DNA from: Octopus vulgaris
Lineage: Eukaryota
Length of the DNA stretch: 64,000 nucleotides
Direction: 5' to 3'
Assembly (NCBI GenBank): GCA_951406725.2
Contig: OX597816.1
Span: 97,526,001-97,590,000, forward strand
The position numbers and the translations under genes were made by a program. Below, in pieces: positions 54,686-64,000 of this stretch. The notes below the pieces were generated by a model that saw only the letters and a program-made list of their open reading frames with translations, did no database searches and was not told the origin of the DNA. Numbering within the stretch: the first letter of the stretch is position 1; every line of letters begins with the position of its first letter.

Positions 54686-54805
54686 TTCAAATTTTGGCAT
54701 ATGTCCAGCAATTTTAGGAAGTGTAGGAATCGATTATATCGACCCGTATAACCGACTATTTTATCATTTTTTTCGATCCCGGAAAGTGAAAGCTGACCTT
54801 GGCTG
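54686..54805 (-). mobile_element. SINE family A 3' fragment
   Basis: TTCAAATTTTGGCA...CGATTATATCGACCC. Confidence 0.6.
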
Positions 54806-57800
54806 TTTTGGTACTGAGCTGATCATTGACACGCCAATGATCATGCCAGATCTCACAAGTGCTACTAACCAGCATGAGCGCTTGATACTGTTTTTAATGA
54901 TTACTGTGAAGACACTATGTCAGAATAGGTTTTCACAAATGAGCACAAGCTAACATTAAAACAGACAATTGACCTTAAATATTTTCTTTTAACTATGTTC
55001 AGATACTAAAGTCAGTGAATTGCTAACGACATACCCACAGAGATGTTTAGGAGAGGATGAAATTGATAAGATACGATAGTTCTGAATGTCGGGTGAAAAC
55101 TACAAAAGAATAAGTGCTTCAGTAGACTGTGGCTAATAAAAGAAATTGAAATTGTTGCTAGAAATAAGTGAATAGTTATAAACACACTAGATATCTTTGT
55201 TATACACTAGAGTTCAACGTAATAAAATAGACGTTTGTGTACAAATCAATTTCTGAGTCCAGAAGGATGAAACATGAATGTTTTCTCGTGCTCGATAAAC
55301 AGAGCGATCGTACCGCACCGCTTATTGCACTCAATTAATTTGCTACTGATAATTCCAAATAAATCTCAATTTCTGTGAACGTACTTTACGTTAGTAATTT
55401 AGCAGATATGTTATCGTTGATACATGTAAATGCTATAAAGTACGCGAGTTGTCAACAAAATGAATACTAGCTAAATCGCAACGGAAGTTTGTCAGATATT
55501 TATAAAATAAATGTCGCATGTTCATGATAGCACAATAATTAATTCACAGAAACCTTAGTATTTTATGCCTTATGAGTGACACGGAAAAGAATTTCAACAA
55601 TACCAATTGATTAACATGTAAGACCTCCATGCCTCGCATGAAAAGCAGAGAAAGATAGCACAAACGTTAAATTACAGAAGGTAATTGTAGTTTCATGATT
55701 GTAGCATCAGTATATTGAATATGCGCACTGAAATCATTTTTGCACTCTATTACTGCTTTTTTAAATAAACGTTGGCTGGAAGTCATTTTATTAGCAATCA
55801 AAACCTTAGATAAGATAATGCAATTTCGCAACCTTAGCTTATGAATATTTCATGAGATTTAATTCGAAGTGTAATATTCTTTAAAAACCATATTTTAGTT
55901 TATGTTAATGACTTATTTGACTGGAAGTTTTTCTAATGCTTGCAGAAAATACTGTTCATCATCTGGTATATAAAACGGGTATACGTATCTGAATCGTAAG
56001 ACGTTTCCACTTCTTTATAATCATCATTGCCTCCACTCCCGCTTCACAGCCTCTTTCGGCAGCAGCTTGCCTTCATTTTTTTGCTTTTGAAATTCTACAT
56101 TTTTGACAGATTTTACGGGACTTTCTACTAGAAAATTACACCTATCTCACGACACATATAGTGGTAAAGCGCATTCTAACAATCTTTGGTCAATGAATTT
56201 TCTCTATCAGTCATCCATTTCTTTCCCTGAAATGAAACATTGACTTTAATAGTATCATTTTTGTTTACAGGACTTGACTGAAGAAAAGACGCTAATATTT
56301 CGTGAACTTCTTTAGTTATTGCATATTTTGTTCTAGGTTCTTTTTCATATTTGTTAAGTGAGTTGCGAAAAATTCTCCAGCTGAGGAAAGATTTTCATTA
56401 CCTGAGCTACGAGGGTGTCTCTTCTACTCATGAAAGTGATGTAACAAATACATTAGTGACCTGTAAATTGCTTTAGTTTTGGTATAATTATAGTATTCTA
56501 CTTGATCGATTATTTACGTATAAATTTTTAATATGTCCTGGGAGGTTTTGGCGCAAAATATGCTGGCCATTATAATGTACATCTTGAGAGAAAAAAACTT
56601 TTCTGTTTAGTCGTTTCAGATCTCGCTGTACACCGTGTAAATAACGATTACTTTTCTTTTTTATTGGTTAGTAGATATAAGCACATAGCAGCAAACAATT
56701 TGTTCGTTGCAAGTATAAACAAAGCCAGCGGCTTAGTGAAGGTTTAAAAAGCCTGGTGCTTTTGGCGGACGAGGCACAAAAAAATCGAAACCCCTACAGT
56801 CCCAGATTTTCGTGCGCCAATTAGCTGAGTGTGTTGAACACACTATAGTCGCAAAAGGGCGACTTAATTTTTTTCCTATGGCGTACACTACAATGACCAA
56901 TATATATTGCATACGAATGTGCATGGCCGTACTGAGAATAACCTCGCAAATAATCGTTTCAAACCTCGTTGTACACGGTGTAAATAGCGACTTCATGATA
57001 TACATTAAGTAAGATATGCACATATTCTGGAAAAAATCGTGTTAACAGTTTTCCAAATAAGCAAAAGAAAACAAATCTCATTTTCTGGATACTCGTATTA
57101 CTTTCTCACTCTAGGTGTATATCTCTGGAAGGTTGTTATTTTTCTTGAAAGGTTGTCGCGAATATTTGTTTGTGAAACGTATGTCTACTCTATTTCCGTT
57201 TCATTTTGCGAGAACATCATCTTACTCTTGATTGGAATCTTTGTTTATTAGGGCGTGTTTTGCCCACGTACGTGCCTAAGTAAACAAGTTTAGATAACCA
57301 TTTTATTATTATTCATTGATCCTATGCTCCTGAAATTTTTTCATTTGAAAACGTTGACAGCAACCAGGCTTTGCAGCCCGTACTTCTATTTATATAAACA
57401 AACATACATAAATTTCACAGGCACGTATATATGCACATATATACATACAAATAACACAGATATATGCACACATTTTGAGGGAAAGTTTGCTTTTATTTTA
57501 AATAACTATTTGAATGTGCATTTACATGTAGTGTAAAAGGAAAAGAAAATACACACACATATACGCATACATTAGTACAAACACACACACGCTAATATAT
57601 GTTTATATATTTCTTTTACAAAATATATATAAATGAATACATAAAAAGTTGTTTGTTTTGCAGTGATAAAAAAGAGAGAAACTTCATTAAATTGCGTATT
57701 TATGTGTATGTACAGTCTCACATAAACGCGCAGACACACACTCACACACACACACACACACACACATATACGTATATACACACTCACAGGAACACGCACA

Positions 57801-58279
57801 CGAATACGCATGCATGTATGTATGTATGTATGTATGTATATTTATATTATTTTGTAGGCTATATACATGATGATATAAAGATATTAAAGAGAAAGACAGG
57901 AGTGTTATGGGATTGTGCGTATGTTTGTGTTAGCATTCGTGTGTGTGAGTGCGTGTGCGAGCCAGTGCATGTTTTGGCTAACCTTTAGAAGGCCGGGAGT
58001 GTTCAATGTAAATAACTGAAAAAAATCATAATATTCTAAGCTCATGCTATGCAAAATATATTTACAAGTAAATATCTATATTTAAGATTAAAGGTAACTT
58101 TCTAAATTCTTACTACATTTCTGTGATTATGATTTTCAATGTATTTAATTACCAAAATGATATATACTGTCACTATTGACGACATGGATGCACTTATACA
58201 TGTGTATACACACACCCACACACCCACACACACTCACACACACACACTCACACACACACACACACACAGACACACAGAC

Positions 58280-58324
<45 letters not shown>

Positions 58325-58489
58325 CTACCTGTATTAGAAAAGAGTCTTTCAACAGCAAAGATAGAGAAATTTTTACTGATCTGAATATTCTAGATATAAA
58401 TATAAGAATAAACATGCATATATATATATGTATACACCCACATTCACGCACAGAGCCAACCCCATACCATATATATATATATATACATA

Positions 58490-58860
58490 TCTTTCACCTT
58501 TTATCTTCTACGTTTTAGTCATTTGACTCCGGCTATGCTGGGGCACCACCCCGAGAGGAATTTAGTCGAGAAAAAAAAAACGGCCCCAGGACTTACTTTT
58601 TGTTAAGCCAGGTACTTATTCTATCCAAAACTTTTGCCGAGCTGCTAAGTTGCGGGAAAGTAAACACGCCAACACCGATTATCAAGCGTTGGTGCGTGGT
58701 ACACACATGTACAACGACAAGCAGATAGATAAATACATATACACACAACAACGTACTTTCAGTTTCCGTCTACCAGATCTACTGACAGGGCTTTGGTTGG
58801 TCTGAGGTTATAGTAGAAAGCATTTGCCCCAATCTGAAAGCATGTGGTTGAGAAGCAAAT
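58490..58860 (-). mobile_element. SINE family B copy
   Basis: Reverse complement of family B head and tail. Confidence 0.72.
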
Positions 58861-59639
58861 TACTATTCAAAGTAATTACTTTTAATCATTGTGGACAGAT
58901 GACAGAAATCGGAGTCATCAAGGATATTACAACGTAGTCTCCTGTAGCAGAAATTGTATCACATTAGTACATATTTCAATTTAAAAAAAACTTTTAGAAA
59001 AACATAGGAGCGAATAACGCAGTTCCCACAAATGTGTACAAATAATAAGACTTACCTATGGTATCGCACGTTGACCGTTCATTTATACCAATGGCAAAAC
59101 CCGGTTTCTCTTTCAGAGCAGAGTGCAGATTTACGCCGTACAGTTAGTGCAAGTATAGCCATTACTACTGAGTCAGTTCAGCCTTTATCGTTGAATGTAA
59201 GTATTTTATTTAATTAGTCTTCCGGAACGCCAGGGAAATATCAACCCATTTACGTTATTCTTCTGCGTATCAAGCAACAAATTATTTCAGCGATTATGAT
59301 ACGTAATAATCTTGCCCGTCTGCGAGGGCCTCCAAAGGTCATCTACTATACCTCTCTTTCATCGATTGCCATTCATATACGTAATATCGGATACTCTATT
59401 GATAAGGGGTTCTCTGCACTCAACTACGCTAATTACAAAAGAAGAAAAAAACAAATCTCATTACAGAAAATGTGTAAAAAATGTATCATAGTTGCAATGA
59501 AATATTAGACACATATGATCCATATACTGTGTATATGTATGTGTGTAGACATAAATGTATATCTGTTCATATATAAAAGGTATTCATATTTATATATATA
59601 TATATATATATGTTGATATGTTGGTAGGCGTGGCTGTAT

Positions 59640-59797
59640 AGACGCAGGAGTGGCTGTGGTAAGAAGCTTGCTTCTCAACCACATGGTTTCGGGCTCAATC
59701 CCCCTGCGTAGCACCTTGGGCTCGTGTCTTCTGCTATAAACTCAGGCCGACCACTTGTGAGTGGATTTGGTAAACGGAAGCTGAAAGAATACTGTCA

Positions 59798-59888
<91 letters not shown>

Positions 59889-60130
59889 ATATATATATAT
59901 ATGCGTATGTGTGTGTATGTATATATATATATATATATGCATATATTTGTGTGTCTGTGTCCCCCTACCTATGCTTGACATCCGACGTTGGTGTGTTTAC
60001 ATTCCCGTAACATAGCTGTTCAGCAGAAGAGACCTATACAAAGAATAAGTCCTTGTTCAATTTGTTCGATTAGAAGCGGTAGTGCAGAATGGCCACAGTC
60101 AAAATGACTGAAACAAGTAAAAGAATAAAA
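59640..60130 (+). mobile_element. tRNA-derived SINE family B with internal microsatellite
   Basis: A-box TGGCTGTGGTAAG, B-box-like GGCTCAATCC, central (CTAT)/(TA) tract, tail ATGACTGAAACAAGTAAAAGAATAAAAGAAT. Confidence 0.8.
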
Positions 60131-60169
60131 GAATGAAAGTATAAGAGTATATACATACATACATACATT

Positions 60170-60247
<78 letters not shown>

Positions 60248-60335
60248 AGTATTGGTTTCCAGAGGACCCAAGGTGGCAGGTAACGCTATGTAACTGCTAT
60301 GGAGAGACCGTAGTTAAACGCACGGTTCGATTATG

Positions 60336-60638
60336 ATACGAGAGAGGAGTCTAATGCAGGTTTTGTATGAGCATGTATATTTTAAATAAAATGAGAGAAC
60401 AAAGCCACGGCTGTGTGGAATTTTCAGTATATTTATAAAAGGAAAATTAGTCTTACAGTTGTTTCTAAGATATTAGAGATATCTCTTCATCAGGGACGAT
60501 GTGAGATGTTTAAATAGAGGGAAATATTAGAGTTCAATATAGTGTCCTGAAAATTCCACACAGCCTTGGCTTTGTTGTCTCATTTTATTTAGCATATACA
60601 TGTTCATACATGACCCACATTAGACTCCACACTCGTAT
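60336..60638. repeat. Inverted arms (~90 bp) enclosing a hammerhead motif
   Basis: GGAGTCTAATG...AATAAAATGAGA.AACAAAGCCA.GGCTGTGTGGAATTTTCAG / CTGAAAATTCCACACAGCC.TGGCTTTGTT.TCTCATTTTATTT...CATTAGACTCC. Confidence 0.85.
60448..60499 (-). ncRNA. Hammerhead ribozyme motif, partly degenerate
   Basis: Minus strand: GUCC-CUGAUGA-A-GAGAUAU(CUCUA)AUAUCUU-A-GAAAC-AACU-GUA^-AGAC. Core intact, 7-bp stem II, near-palindromic stem III, stem I has mismatches. Confidence 0.62.
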
Positions 60639-60739
60639 ATGCATGTGTATGCGCTATTATGTAAGCCTACTTACTAGTGCATTTAAACCCGTACGCATGT
60701 ATACATATATATACACTTACACACACATATATGCATATA

Positions 60740-61480
60740 CACAAAGTATCTGGTGAACAAGAGAGACAGTGACGTTCTTGTAATCCCAAGGTGCAACAGT
60801 ATGTGTAGGCTATGTCATGTAAAACATCACGCATGTGATTGGCTGCTGTCCTAAAATGTCGTCTCAGTACGACCATCCTATGCGGCACGATGGTTTTATT
60901 AAAGCAATAGAAAATGCAATCCGCAAAAAGAAAAAAAGATTTTCATGAGATAAACTTAGAAAATCCCTCTATTACGGAATACATTCATAAACACCAACTT
61001 AATGAATACTGGTGAAATATTTCCATTAAACCTCTCAAATGTAAGCATTGCAAACCGGATATTATTGTTTGGGACAGAGAGGCAAAGGTTAGTGCCATTA
61101 TAGAGGTTAGCTGACATACAGATATAAATAGCTCTTTGAAAATCAAGGAAAACGAGAATATATATGGACAACTGCTTCGAAACCTCCAACTTCTATATCC
61201 AGACTATGAATTCATATTCATACGAATAATAATTGGAGCACTAGGTTTTGTTAGCAAATCTTTAAATGAGAAATTGGATAAACTGGGGTTTTCAGAAAGA
61301 GAAATTGCCCGGCTGGTTTGTATCTTACCAGTCCTATCTGTGACTGGAACAGTAAAATTATGCAAGACTTTTCTCTTGTTCCAAATGTGAATTTGTTGGT
61401 GTTAAATGCATCTCAAAGTTGGAGACTTGTATCATTGTTGGAAACCGGATTGCACCTAAGCGGAAGATTTATAATAATTA
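60740..61480 (+). pseudogene. 3' end of a restriction-like-endonuclease (RLE) non-LTR element
   Basis: CRLC...KMSS..PMRHD (zinc knuckle followed by RHD), KPDI, and KENENIYGQL...IIIGALG. Short TAA-like tail near 61470. Confidence 0.75.
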
Positions 61481-61699
61481 AAAAAGTTCAAGAGACATAT
61501 ACATACATACATTCATACATATCTATACGTATATACATATATATGTATGTATTTATGTATAGATATATGCATGTATGTATGCATCTCTGCATGTATATAA
61601 GCTAGGAGTGAAATGGTATATTCGCTTATTACTATATTTTACTTGTTTAAAACATTTGACTGTGGCGATACTGGAGCATTGGCTGTGGTCGAACGAATT

Positions 61700-64000
61700 G
61701 ACACCAAGTACTCAGTCTATCAATTATTGATCACCAGTCATGTTCCATTGCAAAGTCTTTGTGTTTCCAGATTGCGGAGTAGAATTACAGGAGTTCCAAC
61801 TTTAAGTGCTAATATGTGGGGAGTTAGTCCCGGGGAACTCCAACGGATTGAAAAATTCAGGAGTTTAGTTCACCATTTCATTTTTAACTGGAATTGTATC
61901 AACAGACTTGTAAGTGTGAAGAGTGCCGGCACGAGAATGCATGAGCTGTTTATTTATTATTTTAGCAGCGACGTTTTTTTGGAGCTAATATTGCTCTTTA
62001 ACACAGCCAATTGTGATTTTGGTATTTTTTTGTGAAGTTGGGAAATACTTTGTGTTTAAGCTCATCCACAGAATTAACAACAGAGGAAATGGCCACACTT
62101 CCATTTCTTCTGCAGCGTCGAGAGGCACCTTGCCATTATCAAGTGTCAAAATGTCCTGTGCAAAGTTTGCGAACATTTGGCCGCCGTGTAGCTGAGCTCT
62201 CATGTTAATGATAAGACTGAGGGTGGTAACATGATGCTACAGAGTAGAGGACTTTAGGCATGCTTGAATGGCATCTGCCCTAGTGCCTTTCTGAACGACA
62301 GGAAGAGTTTGCCTGAAATCACCTGAAAACAGAAGCGTTACACCTCCCATTGGAGTCTGACAGTATCGGATGTCTTTCAGGGCTCTATCTAATGCTTCCA
62401 ATGCTCCCTTGTGAGCCATGGTGTACTCATCCGAGTCGATTAGATGACACCTTTTAAGTACCTGCCCCTGATCTGAGCTTTTGCTGATGTTGCATGAAGG
62501 CATCTCGGATGCTGCTAAATTGAGAGGAAGCTTAAAAGTCGAATGTGCTGTCCTGCCACCAGGTAACAAAGTTGCTGCAATCTCAGAGGATACTGCAATG
62601 TCCTGGCGGCCTAACTTCTGCAAGGAGAAGCTTCGTAATAAATGTTTTTCCTATCCCCCCAAGAGCATCCAGGGAGAAGATTAGTCCCTTGTGTTTGCGT
62701 ACACTGTTAAGAATAGTTCTGTAGGCCTGAAGCTGAACCGGAAGTAATTTAAGTTCGTTTTCAACAATGTACTTTGAAAGCGATTGAATGTCATAGGATA
62801 TTTCACAAATGGCAGCAGTGGGAAGGCTATTTGACCCTGACCTGAATGTTTGTGGCATGCCATATGTGGACAATTCATTTCTACCCAGTGTAGCAGTTTT
62901 GCCTTTAATGTCAATGAGAGTTTTGTTGCAGACTACATTGCTGATACCCTCCATGTCAGGATAGAGCAGTTCAGCTTGCCGCTTAAAGTCTTCAGCCACG
63001 TTGTCTTTGTATTTGAGCCATAGAGTGGCAGGATCAGACGGTTCACATGTCTGTAGTAATACTGCAAATAGTGCCCTGAGTGTTTTAGATAATTCTAATA
63101 AACCAGTCTCTCACAAAATTGCATTCCATTGTGCGCCATCTTCTAACAGACATTGTCGATAGCCGGCTTCTCTGTATGTTGTGCAGACATGTCCATAAAC
63201 GGTTTTCAGGGCCTGGAAACACGTTGGCCCCCTGAATTCATGCAGTAGTAGAAGGAAGTAGAAGCGGTCTTGTTGAGTGGGATGCACTGTGTATACTCGC
63301 CCAAAGCAAGTGTCAAACTTAATGCCAGGGTATCCATGAACATTTTGATCTGCTTTCCTCAGGGCCCATATTTTCCATTACAAGTGTAGTACGATGGATA
63401 CAGCAAAGATTGAGCGAATAGATTAACTTGACAAAGCTTGAAGAATGCAATGAACGTGCTATCCTTTGGTTCCTCTGCCAACAGAGAAATATTAGCATCG
63501 GTGAAGTACAGCCTTTGACCGTTTTCCAGGTGCACTGCAAGCTGTGGAATGACGGTGTGTAGTTGGTGAAGTGGAAAGCCAAAGATGCGCCAGAAAGCCT
63601 CGTTGCTACTTATGTACCGTCAGACTTGATAATGCGTCACCTCATCCTGGCAGTATTTTTGTTGAATTCCAACCATTGCAGCGTCAGAACCCTTGTTCAC
63701 ATACTTACAAATGTACTTTATGGACTTAACGGAGTTGCAAAACTCGAAAGTCTTTAACAGGAGTGGGCAGTAGGTAACAATCCATCTATTATCAAACTCG
63801 TGCTGTCCGATAGTTGCTGTGAAACTGCCGCCTTTTGGGTTTCTCCGTCTGTATGATGGATACCTATCAGCGCCTGTCTGAGTTTCGTGTAGGAACCTCC
63901 TTGGAAATATTTTTAAACATACGCTGTCGTTCAAGCATAGTGAGTTTATGTTGAATCCACGCCCACATGGACCATGCACCATGTTTGCCTTAACTATTTC
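61700..64000 (-). pseudogene. Autonomous Helitron Rep/PIF1-helicase gene, disrupted, runs off the window
   Basis: ORF pieces: MVHGPCG...YRRR...DNRWIV...SVKSIKYICKYVNKGSD (Rep motif YxxKY), LDALGGIGKTF (Walker A), AATLLPGGRTAHSTFKLP, DE motif, GGVTLLFSGDFRQTLPVV, LRNL...LCNGT. Several frameshifts and stops. Confidence 0.93.

Noticed and set aside
55995-56030. AUGAUGA...GAAACGUC on the minus strand
   Set aside because: C3 is absent and there is no convincing stem I or II.
59640-59720. tRNA gene
   Set aside because: A/B boxes are present but there is no cloverleaf; it continues into a SINE body.

Overview
AT-rich, microsatellite-dense eukaryotic intergenic or intronic DNA. The SINE families, R4/Dong-like LINEs and (TA)n/(CA)n/(CTA)n arrays suggest a cephalopod, probably Octopus (inference). 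I found no intact host protein-coding gene; most listed ORFs are microsatellite artefacts. The window is a mosaic of decayed transposons: CR1, RTE, R4/Dong-like and Tx1-like LINEs, Penelope-like elements (PLEs), mariner/Tc1 remnants, non-autonomous Helitrons, a Rep/PIF1 Helitron pseudogene, many tRNA-like SINEs and several foldback elements. The most notable signal is a set of minimal type-I hammerhead ribozyme motifs from about four unrelated sequence families (4160-4206, 4364-4410, 43233-43338, 46103-46138, 60448-60499, plus degenerate ones). Most have a palindromic stem III. Several lie in inverted-repeat cassettes, beside PLE fragments, or next to (TA)n tracts. The best case is a 232-bp, highly structured, hammerhead-carrying unit present as two inverted copies at 3996-4574. 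Most element boundaries were read by eye and are approximate.
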